A stretch of 64,000 nucleotides of DNA. It comes from Octopus sinensis. Taxonomy: Eukaryota. Of this stretch, positions 15,492 through 28,019 are shown piece after piece. Position 1 is the stretch's first letter. Every line of letters begins with the position of its first letter. The notes beneath the pieces are model-generated. The model had not been told where the DNA came from. It made no database searches and saw nothing but the letters and a program-made list of their open reading frames with translations. A program made the translations under genes and the position numbers. The stretch spans positions 19,964,001 to 20,028,000 of the forward strand of contig NC_042998.1 in the NCBI RefSeq assembly GCF_006345805.1, given 5' to 3'.

Positions 15492-16334
15492 AATAACTCT
15501 TACTAAATATAAAGGCGTCTTATCATATGTGAGGAGATTCATAACGCTTCCAGGTAATGCCCCAGAACTTGTAGTTTAACTAATGGTTCTACTCTTGTGT
15601 TGGCTGTACAGAACAACATCAACAATGATTAAACAAACCGTTGATCAGTGACACTCGAGCCATGGCCATCCAGTCATATTCGTATGCGCTGAGAAACCAG
15701 TATCACTTTATCCAGCGAGTTCTTTTACTTTTAAGACGGCAAGGTGCGACTAGATAAATCCACCACCACCACCACCATTTACTCTTAATGTTCGAATGGA
15801 TTGTGAAGGTCAGCAAGGCAGAAGAATATATTTAATAATATATAATTCAAGATTGTATGGATTCAAAATACATAGTAGAATATATCATTGTGAGGAAAGA
15901 AATAGAAAAAAAAAAGAACAGACAGAATGGATTCTGCTGCTGAGAGAAAAATCAATATTTACCAAAAGACACTAATTTCTCATACATTTCTTTTTGAATG
16001 TAAGTTAGAATTATCGATTTTTATATTACAAAAATTTGAATCATAAATTTTGCTTGTAGTCGTGGCAGAAGGAGGAGGAAGAGGGAGTAGAATGTGGGCG
16101 AGGATTTGTGGAAGATTGGAAGAATTTTTTTTTTGCCGTATTTTGCAGTGGGGTGGGGGCAAAACCAAATTCTTGAGCTATTGTAATTCATTGCGTTCAA
16201 GTTTTTTTTTTTTTGTGGCTTTTCTGATTGAATTATAGTTTCGCAATATAAAAAATGCGATCCCGAGTTTCGGAATATAGAAAGAGCTGAATTAAGTAAG
16301 CTCTACCATTATTATATTAATATTATGGATATTA

Positions 16335-16963
16335 GAGGAGGCGAGCTGGCAAAAAACGTTTAGCTGTATTTCGTCTGTCTTTACGTTCTAAGTTCAAATT
16401 CCGCCGACGTCGACTATGACTTTCATCCTTTCGGGGTCGATTAAATAAGTACCAGTTACGCACTGGGGTCGATATAATCGACTTAATCTGTTTGTCTGTA
16501 CCCTCTGTGTGAAGCTCCTTGTGGGCAGTAACGAAAAAAAAAAATTTTAGCTGTACTTCGTCTGTCTTTACGTTCTGAGTTAAAATTCAACCGTGGTCGA
16601 CTTTGCCTTTCATCCTTTCGGGGTCGATTAAATAAGTACCATTTACGCACTGGGGTCTATTCTAATCGACTGAATCAGTTTGTCCTTGTTTGTTCCCTGA
16701 GTATAGCCCCCTGTGGGCAATAAAGAAATAAGAAACGTTAGTACGCCGGGCGGAATGCGTAGTTGTATTTCGCCTAACGTTACTTTCTGAGTTCAAATTC
16801 CGCCGAGGTAGACTTTGCCTTTCATCCTTTTGGGGTCGATAAATTAAGGACCAGTTACGCACTGGGGTCGATGTAATCGACTTAATCCCTTTGTCTGTCC
16901 TTGTTTGTCCCCTCTGTGTTTAGCCCCTTGTGGGTAGTAAAGAAATAGGTATTTTGCCTGTCT
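16335..16963 (+). mobile_element. Family A SINE head-to-tail array (3 units plus stub)
   Basis: Repeated B box, CCTTTCATCCTTTCGGGGTCGAT core and GCCCC(T/C)TGTGGG..TAAAGAAAT tail. Confidence 0.92.
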
Positions 16964-16989
16964 CTTTTATTTCTTACGCGTCGCACATG

Positions 16990-18230
16990 TGTTCATGGTG
17001 AAAATTGCTGTTTCTTGGTGTTAATATTGCTAATACCTTCTGTTTCTAATATTTGCTGTTTCGTGTTAAATTGTTGAATTTCTTAACTTCTGGAGTCTTA
17101 ATTTGAAAACACTAAGTGCTTGTAGAAAGCACGCGTTGCTCCTTACCCCGTAGTGGGGAAGAATGTCGTCTAGCGAGGAGCCTACCGTTGGAACAGAAAT
17201 GTTTGTTTCTCTTGTTGCAAGAAAGAATTACATCTTGTCTGGTGAGGAGCCAGATACGAACAAAGAAATAATGGATTCCCCCGTTGCAAAAAAGAATGAC
17301 AAAATGTATGAGGTATTTGGTGATTCTTTATTACCCACTAGGGGCGACACAGAGGGGGACACCAAAAGACATGGGGACATAGAACATTATAATTAAAATT
17401 TATGAAAAATGAATTGTTAAGTGAAAGAAAATGATATTATGAAAGCGATACTAACGGCCCCGTCCGTTAGCATCACTTACCTGTCCTTTGTTTTTCATCG
17501 TCACTTGAATGTTCTTTGCCAATACGAATAAATTCCATATCCATTCTTACTCCGAAATACTCATCCATATTTTCCACGAATTCATCGCTCATTCTTATAT
17601 CTTTCACCTCCCAATTCTCCCTTTCACACCTCACCATAAACTCATCTATGTTCTTCTTTTCAATCACAGCATACCTAGTCTCACCAACTTCATACCATTT
17701 ATACTCTTCCATTAGACTTTTAACTTCTTTCTGTTCAGTCATAGTACAAATGTACGGCCTGATATCGAATTCAATCTCTTGTGTGTGTGTATTATTTTTT
17801 TCTTTTGTTTTCTTGTTGGGGGGGAGCGGGTGGGTTCACTGTCTGCATGGATAGGGTGGGACTCAGAGGGTGTGGGTGGTTTTGGGGTGGATTGGTGTTC
17901 CATATTATTTTCTTTTCCACGTATTCTTCTCTTCCTCTTATTTCCAGCTTCCTTCCATTTCTGTGTATTCTCTTCCTCTTCTACTGTCTCCTTCTCCTCT
18001 GGTTTCTGCTTCTCTCTCTCTGGTTCGGAATCCATTTCTTTCCCTGGGGGAGGGCAGTGTATGAGGTATTTGGAGATGTGTGTGAAAGCACGTCAGAACT
18101 TTCACGAGAAGAATTCCCGAGTTTGCAAAAAAACACAAGTATTGTGTCTAAAAGAATAATTGATCCAAACTGAACAACCAAAAAAAGAAAAAAAAAACGT
18201 TTTGCGTTTGCAGCTGGGGGCGGAACCCGG
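16990..18230. mobile_element. Rearranged LINE 5'/ORF1-like remnant with an inverted middle segment (~17470-18040)
   Basis: Plus-strand pieces both encode YEVFGD (17163-17396 and ~18045-18173). Between them are minus-strand E/K-rich ORFs 17739-18035 and 17473-17742, compositionally like the ORF1 tail at 42221-42460. Confidence 0.45.
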
Positions 18231-19499
18231 CTACTTTCGACGAATAAGTGTGATTTTTTTTAGAGAGATGAGACCATGTTTGTAGGGCTTCTAAATTTCA
18301 AACAAAATAATGGATCTGAAAAAAAAAAAAAAACAAAGTATCAATTTTCATACATCAAAGAACTTAAAGAACAAATTTGAGAAAAAGATTATAGTTAAAT
18401 AAATTATAAGTATTTTAAAATACAGAGTTACTTTTCAATTACCCGGCATATGGGGCGACATGCATGTGTTTTGCAACCGGTTTCCTCACAATCATCAATG
18501 CATTGATCGGTGTGAGTTGGTATTCTGTTGCTTAGAATTTGTTGTCCTGTGATTTTATACTTAAAGACCTCATACGAGTAATTCTAAACATCTCACGGCT
18601 TTCATCCTCAAATTAAGACGCCCAACATCACTATTTTTATGCAACATTCCATTTCATATTAAAATCACCATTATAGGTTATCAATGTCCCATATAGTGCA
18701 GATTAAAACTTAAATATTGAATTCTTAATGGCAAAGGAAATTTTGGTTTCTGTTTCCTTTTAAGTTTGGTTGCTATAATCTTTGGCTAACCAATTTCTGT
18801 GGACAGCATTACTGTTTGATGTTTTTTCCATGAATACTATCATATATCACTGATTATGTTGCACAAGGTAGATTGATACACCGTTGTTGGAAATGTGCGC
18901 GTACTGCTTGACTATAAATCTTTATAGAAAATATCAACTGAAGAACTAGCGTACATGGTAATGAATATAGGAGTAGCGAGCGCGCGTGTATGTGTGTGTG
19001 TGGTTTTTACTAATCAGCTGATCTTTTTCTTCCAAACAGGAATCTGTAGTAGGGATCTTTAGTTTTGAATGCGAAACTCACTTACAACGAACCCAAGTTA
19101 GCAGTAGCCTCGTGAAATGACATATAGACAAAATACTGAATTAGGAAGTATTCGGTTTTAGGATATCTTTTTCAATAAATATTATAAAACTAAATATCTT
19201 ACATTCATATCCAAATACGGGGAAGCGTACGAAATCGTGGAAAATAAGTAGAAATAGTGAAATACGGAGAGTTATATTTTGTTTATCTCACATTCAGGAA
19301 AGTTGGCGCTGTCCATTATTCTCTATAGGGCTTTCCAGAATAAAAGTAGGCAGGAGAATCCTTGAACAGAAAAAGAATGGAGCCGGAAATAGGAAATGAA
19401 TGGGTCAAGTGGAGGTGTTAAACGTTGTACTACTACCATACGGACCTTGTAACATTTTTCCTACTTAACTTTGTGAGGGCCTAACTTCTCATAGTTAAT

Positions 19500-19810
19500 A
19501 CAGTTCTATATTTAGTAGATGAGGAATTATGTATATTATGTATATTTGACGGATATTTGTTCCCATCTTGTTTATTGTTAACACAACGTTTCGGTTGATA
19601 TACCCTCCAGCCTTCATCAGGTGTCTTGGGGAAATTTCGAACCTGGGTTCTCATTCTTAGGGTATTTTTCGATGCTATGATTATTATTATTATTATTATT
19701 ATTGTTATTATTATTATTGCTGTTGTATTCAGGTCACTGCTTGGAATTTAACTCAGATTATTGGGGTTGGTAGCCCGCGCTCTTAACCACAACGCCATAT
19801 GCCCGTGGGC
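19500..19810 (-). mobile_element. tRNA-headed SINE with (AAT)n linker and a hammerhead-bearing PLE-like tail
   Basis: Minus strand: GGGCATATGGCGTTGTGGTTAAGAGCGCGGG...GAGTTAAATTCC (A/B-box-like), then (AAT)n, then the hammerhead motif and AATAAA. Confidence 0.75.
19580..19625 (-). ncRNA. Minimal type-I hammerhead ribozyme
   Basis: GACAC CTGATGA A GGCTG-GAGGGTATAT-CAACC GAAAC GTT GTGTT: stem I GACAC/GTGTT, stem II with one mismatch, palindromic AACGTT stem III, GUU cleavage triplet. Confidence 0.72.
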
Positions 19811-19811
19811 A

Positions 19812-20186
19812 AATTTATCTCCGGCCACGATTTACGATCATTTTTTACTTTTCATTTGAAAAGGAAGGTGTGGCTGGAGAAGTGGTGTCTGTCGGAGAGT
19901 ATGTTCAAAAAGAGATGGAATCATGTTGCACGAGTGTTGTGTGTGCAAAGAACCGTATGAATAAGCTATAAAAGAATAACAAAAAAGGTACCAGGGATCG
20001 GGGCTTGTGGGGTCGGAGCGTGGCCTGATAATCGCTACATTTGTGTTGTCTCTGTATTGTTAATTCCATTCGATTTTTTATGTTTTATATAATTTTTATA
20101 TTCATATTTTATGTAAAACCATAAAGTATTAGTGATCGCAATCAGTTGATTTCTGTGTTTGGCCCCCTGTGGGCAATAAAGAAATT
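19812..20186 (+). mobile_element. Short 3' fragment of the same Tx1-type LINE family
   Basis: Encodes ISGHDLRSFFTFHLKRKVWLEKWCLS, versus ISGLALVNFFKFHLKRKVELEKRCLS in the 8374-11215 copy; ends GGCCCCCTGTGGGCAATAAAGAAAT. Confidence 0.85.
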
Positions 20187-20350
20187 GATATTTCGTCTGT
20201 CTTTACGTTCTAAGTTCAAATTCCGCCGAAGTGACATTGCCTTTCATCCTTTCGGTGTCGATAAATTAAGTATCAGTTGCGTACTGAGGTCGATCTAATC
20301 GACTGGTCGCCTCCTCCTAAATTTCGGGCCTTGTGCATAGAGTAGAAAAT
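20187..20350 (+). mobile_element. Headless family A short-tail SINE
   Basis: Begins GATATTTCGTCTG; ends AAATTTCGGGCCTTGTGCATAGAGTAGAAA. Confidence 0.85.
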
Positions 20351-21003
20351 AATTAATATTGACCTTAATTGCTCTGCAGTACTCATCACTCACACGCCTT
20401 CCTCTTTTCGTTATGGCTACAGATTCTCGACGTAATCTTCCCCTCCTGCCTTGTGTATTATCCTACCTTTTCCTGAGTTTACGCATAACGCTGATTACAT
20501 CCCGAATGCAGAAAAGAAATTAACAATAGAATGTGCCATTATGGACTTTACGAACTGAAACCGCCGGAAGGCTAAGTAAAATAAGACTATTCCATAACAG
20601 CATCATGTGTATGAGTATGTGTGAGCAATTATGTATGGACATATGCTTACCACTGATTTTCTATATTGACGGAATGACTTCAAAAATTATTTCAGGGTTG
20701 TAACCCTTGGTATTTTGTGCATACGATGTCTAAAGAGCTTGAAATAAATTCATCAGTAAGCAGTAGCGCTCTGAAATGATGGTGCTTTTGACGCCTATTA
20801 CCCCATGCGAGAATGTTCTAGCTAGGGTCTGCAGCTGTTTTAAGGCCGCAGTGGAAACTGAGGGCAGTTAATCTTAATAAGCTTACGTTACACTTAAATC
20901 TAGTAAATCATTTTTGATCTATTTATTTTGGAATGGGATATTGTATCTTCTCTTTCTTTAATGCAAACTCTCGAATTTAGCGCGAACGCCCTGTATATAT
21001 TTA

Positions 21004-21062
<59 letters not shown>

Positions 21063-21066
21063 ATTA

Positions 21067-21137
<71 letters not shown>

Positions 21138-21284
21138 GAAATAGAAAGATGAATAATCTTGTTGCAGATTAATCAAAAGTTTAACCGATACTTTGGTAGC
21201 AAAAATCACAGCAGAAGACAGCACGGTTGGAGGTACAACCATATGGTGTTGTAACCGTGCGTTGGTGCGGATAATTGAATTTTA

Positions 21285-21451
21285 ATATTATTAGTGAATT
21301 GAAGAAATGGAGTTGAACGAAGATTGAACAGAAATCGTTTTATTGCATTCTACACGTTTTATTGCATTCTGCCTTTCGAAACACGTGTAGAATGCAATAA
21401 AACGATTTCTGTTCAATCTTCGTTCAACTCCATTTCTTCAATTCACTAATA

Positions 21452-21455
<4 letters not shown>
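21285..21455. repeat. Perfect ~73-bp-arm foldback hairpin beside (TA)n with a core-deleted hammerhead at its centre
   Basis: Arms ATATTATTAGTGAATTGAAG...GCATTCTACACGT and exact reverse complement; centre ATTGCATTCTG-CCTTTC-GAAACACGTGTA-GAATGCAAT. Confidence 0.92.
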
Positions 21456-21497
<42 letters not shown>

Positions 21498-22091
21498 CAG
21501 ATACATATGTACAAATAAATTCTCACATATATATAAGCATGTACATATACACACATACGCAAAAAACTGAGAAACACATACACACACGTGTCTGTAATGG
21601 TGGGTGTAATTATAATTTGAGAAGATGGAATGAAAACCTTTTAACTCAAATCACTGCTATTGCTTCTGTGCATTAGCTTCGATGTTAATTGCTGAGAGTT
21701 TCACATAATATTCATTTTATTTTATGAATATGATCCAGTAATAGATGTAAACCTACACGTCATCAGGACGTTGACTTTGAGAGTATACAGATGTGCATGC
21801 GTGCGAGTGAGTGTGTGTCACGTACTTGGGTGCGTGTGTATGTGTGTGTGTGTGTGTGTCGTCTACGAAATCTTCAAGGTGTTGATGTGAAAACGTTCAA
21901 AAGGCACCTGGACAAAATCCCAGATAAGCCCACATCTCCGCAAGAGGCACGAAGAAGGGCCTCTTTGTCCAACTCGCTCCTTCACCAAGAACTGCTCCGA
22001 AATGGGATCACAAAACACTGAAATGCAGTGCTCCAGCATGCCCCCAGCCTCTGGCTGAAACCAGTCAAGGAATAAAAGAGTGAAAAAAAGA

Positions 22092-22184
<93 letters not shown>

Positions 22185-22202
22185 TATATATGTATATATA
22201 TC

Positions 22203-22415
22203 CGAGGGGTGCTGAAAAGTTTCGGGCTCTGTGTAAAAGAAAATATAGAAGGGTCAGTTATTTGTGATTTTATACAATATATTTCCCTATCAAACTCACA
22301 CACCGGTCCTTCAGATTCTCTAAGCCTTGTAAAAGAACTCGGGAGGGCGGACCTCATAGCAGGTCTATCGCGACATACGACACCCATAAAGCCATGAACT
22401 TTTTAGCACCCCCTC
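22203..22415. mobile_element. Mariner/Tc1-type MITE
   Basis: TIR-like CGAGGGGTGCTGAAAAGTT ... AACTTTTTAGCACCCCCTC next to (TA)n. Confidence 0.75.
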
Positions 22416-23237
22416 AAATGCGTATACAATATATATATATAAACACAAGCACACATACCCGCACAGACTCCGTATGTGCGCGTATATGTGTAAGATTGTA
22501 TATCACAATGTGTCTGTGTTTCTAGGCATATGTTAATAGTATATATATATATACATCAGACTCGTATACATCTATGTGTTAGGGCTTCAGAATTTTGTTT
22601 CTAAAATGTCTATTGAAAACCTCTGTGTGTGAATGTGTGTATGTATGTATGCGTCTTCGTCTGTGTGAACACGTGCCTGTAAAAAGAGAAAATACATGAG
22701 TATCATTTGTGTCTTTGAGTCATTATAATTGTGTATATGTTCCTATATACATTTCTGTGTGTGTGGAAGATAACACAAGTTTATGTACACGTGTGTATGT
22801 GATGTGAGGAGCATTTCGTGTATTAGATTGCGGTTTGCACGTGTTCGTCTTGTGTGGGTAAGAAAGGTGGACAATTTTTATTGTATGTCTGAATGCACAC
22901 ATTTCTGTGTATGCATATATGCTGGCTATGCATATACATCGGCTATTGAACGTGTGAATACGACTGCACGTGTCTGTTTACGAACGTATGCGTATATGTG
23001 TAAAGACACGTCCGTTTTATAATAATTAATGTGTGCTCGGCTTGCAGTAGAACCGCCTTATATGTATACATACGTCTTCGTTTATCTCTATAAGTGTATG
23101 TAAATGTGAACAAATATTGCAGCAGCTGGGGTATGATATACGTGAGTTGATGTGTGAGTACCTGTCCAGCTCAACTTTGCTGTCTGTGTGTGCGTGTATC
23201 TATACAATAATATTTGCAAGCAAGCACTGATATATGC

Positions 23238-23288
<51 letters not shown>

Positions 23289-24149
23289 CAATGCATGCAT
23301 ATAAATATATGCACGTTGCATTGTTTTGCTACTTGTTTTCTTTGTAATCACGTGCATATATACTTCTCAGCAGCAGCTACCCGGCCTTGTCCGGGTTTAT
23401 AAATAGCTAATCACGTGAATTCACAATAGCTATAAATTATCTTAGAGATGCGGCGAAAATTTCCAGTTATCTGGGAATGTTGATTCAAATCAAAAATGTT
23501 ACATGTAGATAAGATTTCAAACCGAGCATCTTAAAATACCAAAATTTTTACAACGGCGCACGAGAAGTGTTTTTGGATTTTGGGGTTTTTTTTTTCTAAT
23601 TCAGTAATAATATGCTTAATTGATGTCATTATTATTTTTCTAGCGCTTCCTACAGTGCTTGAAAAGTACATTTTCAGGATAATGACTGTATCAGGAAAAG
23701 TAACCTAACTGCTCATATGATGGTATGACGAATTCCTACGGTCTTCATGGGGCAATTCGGTTTATACTTTCTAGCAAAAATACATGCACTTTCATATATT
23801 ATGATAGTTGATTGCCGTGCATGTAACTTGGTTCAGTTATTTCTTTCCCTCGTATTTACGGTAAATGTTATTATTTTATGCATGTTTGTGTCTAGGTGTG
23901 TGTATGGGTTTTACGGATGTTTGTTTATTGCTGAATTACCTACAAGTGTAAGCTGGGCTTTAAATGGACATTCTCCACGGGTATAAAAAGGAAAGTATTC
24001 GGTTTCTGTAGAAAGTTGAGTATACTAGCGGCATTATTCTCCACGTAATTCTTCTATTATTGTCCACAGTTTGAACTGTTGCATCTACGGCTGAAGCTTG
24101 TATCGTCAAAGTGTAATGCATGGTAAATCTGTGTGTGTGTCTGTACACA

Positions 24150-25080
24150 TACCTACATGCATAATGTACTGTTCCGTGCTAGAAAATTGAGCAAAAAAGT
24201 ACTCTATTTGGTGAGAGAAAAATATTATTTATTTAAAGAATGTAATACAGTCTTAAAGTGCAAGTAATAGTTTCATATCTCAAACACATCGTCAGGCACA
24301 GGTCACATATCATAACGAACTACAAAATATTGAATAAGAGAAGATACGCGAAATAAACCTGAGAAGGAAGCATATAGAAAATGCAGACGGTTAAAAAAAA
24401 CGAAAATCGAAAACACAAAAACTAATATTTAAAAAGTAAAAAGGCAAAAGAGTTAACTTCCTGTGGAAAGATATAAACAAGTTAATCAGGAATAGGCATA
24501 ATTTTCCAATTCTTCAAAATATATTTATTCTTACGCTTGGCTTGCAATTGCTGAAAATTTCAGACTTAGATTTCAGTGGAGTGATTTGAATTTTAGATCT
24601 GAACATGATCTGCATTCTTTCAGCTAAACAAAGCCTACATTTATTCGATCCATTAACGTAAAGTATAGTGTGACACAACTTTTCGTCCAATGTCACTTTG
24701 TCCGATGTCACTTTGTCCAACGTCACTTCGTTCACGTCTTTAGGTCCGACCCCTTTTTCTCCAATAATTTTTTTTTTTTTGTCCAACGACTTTTTATCCA
24801 ATTTTAAATAAACCTTTTAGTAGACAAGGTGAACACCAAAATCAAGTAATCATTGAGAATTTTATTGATAGGATTTTTCGTTAGACAAAAAGATCATCGG
24901 ACCAAAAGACGTGGACGAAAATATGTTTCACGAAATGACGTCGGACGAATAGACATAGCACCAATGTAAGGATTTCTTAAATATTCTCCACTAAATCCGA
25001 CGTGGTGTTTTAAAATTCTGCTTCACATAATCCAGTATTGGTCATCTGTTGTATTATTATTTATTTGTTGTATTATTGCA
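24150..25080 (-). mobile_element. Decayed PLE endonuclease/3' end remnant interrupted by a MITE
   Basis: Minus strand gives NTGLCEAEF* (~25040) and KCRLCLAERMQI...LKSKSEIFSNC (ORF 24514-24801), resembling PLE GIY-YIG C-termini. Downstream lie a degenerate hammerhead (GTGC CTGACGA T GTGT..ATAT GAAAC ... GCAC, ~24258-24298) and AATAAA. Confidence 0.6.
24667..24962. mobile_element. MITE/foldback with ~15-bp subterminal repeats
   Basis: Tandem TT(C/T)GTCC(A/G)A(T/C)GTCAC units on the left are mirrored by GGACGAA/GACGTCGGACGAA on the right. Confidence 0.6.
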
Positions 25081-25749
25081 GTAACGTCTGCCTTATATAT
25101 GATATAGTTTATATATTATGTATTATCATGAAGGTTACATGCTTAACTCCATATGATATCGTTCTTGGACAGTTTCACTATGCATCCTTCGAAACTTCTG
25201 TCTTGTAGAAATAGGTGTCAAATGTCAGGAACAGGTAATCCTTATATATATATAGAGAGGGAGTTAAAAGACGAAAAGAGGGAAGTTAATAAATGTTTAT
25301 TATTAACAGCATATTGGTCATCTTCACTTACAGCTGTTTCAGTTAATACTAAATAAACATTAAATTTACATTAATGTGATATGTACTCACTTTTCACTTC
25401 ACTATGTACCTGTCATATTTTCTCGCCCCTCCTTAATTCTTCTGTTTATCTGCTTCTACAACACTCTCTTCTCTTTCCCCTCCTTAATTCTTTTGTTACT
25501 CTTTTTCTCTCTCTTCTCTTCTCACGTGACCGACAGGCCAGACTGCTAACTCTCATTTTGCGTCTGACTGTGGTCACTGCCACAACGATATTATTCCCTG
25601 TGTTTTTGAAAGTTTCGTATCTCGGACGAATTGGCTTCATTTCCACACACGCCAGCTGAATCCAATTCATCCCCATTCGAAAGACACCTGTTGTTATGTC
25701 CTGTTATTATTATTATTATTATCATTATTATTGTAATTTATATATATAT

Positions 25750-26024
25750 ATTCGTGTAACATCGTCAGATTTTCCGTATACATTCGATGCTTTCTTCCAA
25801 GGAATCTAATGCTCGTAGCTTAGTTTTTTCTTGGGGCTGGTCAGATACGAGTAATCTCAAGATTAATCAGTCGAAATTGCGAGGATGATCCGATTCTTGA
25901 CTGAGGATAGAAAGCTTCGAATGACTCGTCCTTGTTATTTTTGTATTGTCTATCTGGATGTTTTGTTGTCCCTTCTTGTATCACCTAGTTGTGCGGATGT
26001 TTTGCGTTCTTGTCCCAACTTGTG

Positions 26025-26027
<3 letters not shown>
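25750..26027. repeat. Unclassified insert between two (TA)n tracts
   Basis: Sharp boundaries against (TA)n on both sides; no recognisable ORF. Confidence 0.35.
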
Positions 26028-26091
<64 letters not shown>

Positions 26092-27581
26092 CTCTCTCCT
26101 CTGCCACTAGCTGGCACATACAGGTGCTTACACTTACCAAGTATTCACCCTAAATTTGCAGTAGCTATATATATATATAATATATATATATAATATATAT
26201 ATATATATATACATACACATACATTTATATACATATATATTTATATACATATATATATATTTTTTTATTATTATTATTATTATCATTATTATTATTATAA
26301 AAATAATATTTATCTCTTACCAGATGGAGTACTTTTTTGTTCACTGATTATATTTCACAAAAAAGTCTTTGGGCTTCGCAGAGTATAATTTTAACTAATC
26401 TAGATTATGGGTACGATATACACCATTAACGTTTTGAACCCTCTGGAAAACATCCGTCTAGAAATACATTCATATACAGATTTTTTTTAGAATGATTTTT
26501 ATGGATAGCTCAAAACACAACTTCATCTTTGTTCTTTCAAAAAACTGCAAAGTAAAACTGCGAAAATATCTGTGATACCTAAAGTTTTATGATATTTCTC
26601 TTAAATGTGATATCTCGTAAATTTATCGCTATAAGTATATCAGAAAGGAAGTAGGTCGACGTTTATTTTATTCAGTTTGACAACAATCACGGATGAGCTG
26701 TTCTCCTCTCCATATATACGTATATACTAGTGAGAGAAAGAGAGAGGCATGAAGAGATTTAATCACTTTACAGGATTCTGGCAAGGCTCTATGTATTCAT
26801 ATAATACTACATTGATAGTAGTACACAATACCTAGAATATTTATGAAATACATCGAGAAATTCATTCCTAAGAAGGATCCAAAATTGAATTCTCGATAAG
26901 CTAGTAATTTTTGCTTTATATAATGTTCGAAATCTGCGTGAAATATATATTCTCTATATAATGCAGTACAGGGAATACTGTAGAATGCGCATGTGTGTAT
27001 GCCTTTGTGCATGTTTTGTACATATCCAGGTTACCAACAGTTTCATACAGCAGTGGGTCGGAATATCTGACAATTATCAGATCTTTTGAATAGGGGAATG
27101 CATTAGTGAGTAACGCTTCAGATATTAATCTTGTCTTAGATAAGGAAGTCCGGGAAATATTTCTTCCAAATTGGAGAAGCACTGTATGGGTTAGGTAACT
27201 TTGGGAATCAAAATAATGCAAGCTAATTTTCGTAAAATTTAAGATTGCTTCATTTAAGATTCACGCTCTATTGTTCATAAAATACATTTCTATTTAACCA
27301 AAATCCCGTGAAAACATTGAATATGGAAGTTATGCTACCTACTATGGTGCAAGCTGAATTTATGCCTTTTTTTACATAGCATTTTTTAAAACTTGTGCTA
27401 TCACTTGGAGAAAGAATTTGGCTACATCGGTAGTCGGCTGTGCAGAACGATGAACAAAAAGTGAAACTGTTCATTTGTCTGATCACTAAATTTTTTCTTG
27501 GGTGGAGATGCAAAAAGGGTCTTCATTCTAACCCTACTGTTATATAATATTTGCAATTATTTGTAAATATATATATATGAT

Positions 27582-27629
<48 letters not shown>

Positions 27630-27631
<2 letters not shown>

Positions 27632-27790
27632 GCTGAAACTTATAGAAAAACAAAAGACGAGGACAGGTGTATGAAAAACAAGCAAACGTATTAGTTCGAC
27701 GCTCGAGTAAAATGAGAAAGTCTTTTACTTTCGACCCTACGCTCGTCAACAGAAAGGTATGAGAGACAATAAACAGAATGAAAATGAGAA
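27630..27790 (-). mobile_element. PLE-like 3' remnant with a variant hammerhead motif (27722-27756)
   Basis: Minus strand CTTT CTGTTGA C GAGC-GTAG-GGTC GAAA GTA AAAG, between (TG)n and (CA)n. Confidence 0.5.
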
Positions 27791-27850
27791 GAAATTACAC
27801 ACACACACACACACACTCACACATATATATATATATATAGAGAGAGAGAG

Positions 27851-27892
<42 letters not shown>

Positions 27893-28019
27893 GTGTGTCA
27901 AGTAGACAGATAAATTGACAATATTCAATTTTGTGTGTATTTATTTCATGTGGTTGATAGTCTACTCGTATGTATTACTGTAGGTGTATTAGCGATTATA
28001 CATATATACAGCTAAAAAT

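Noticed and set aside
19040-19120. Exon after a strong acceptor (TACTAAT...TTCCAAACAG)
   Set aside because: Only a short frame to a stop and no convincing donor; cannot be supported without RNA data.
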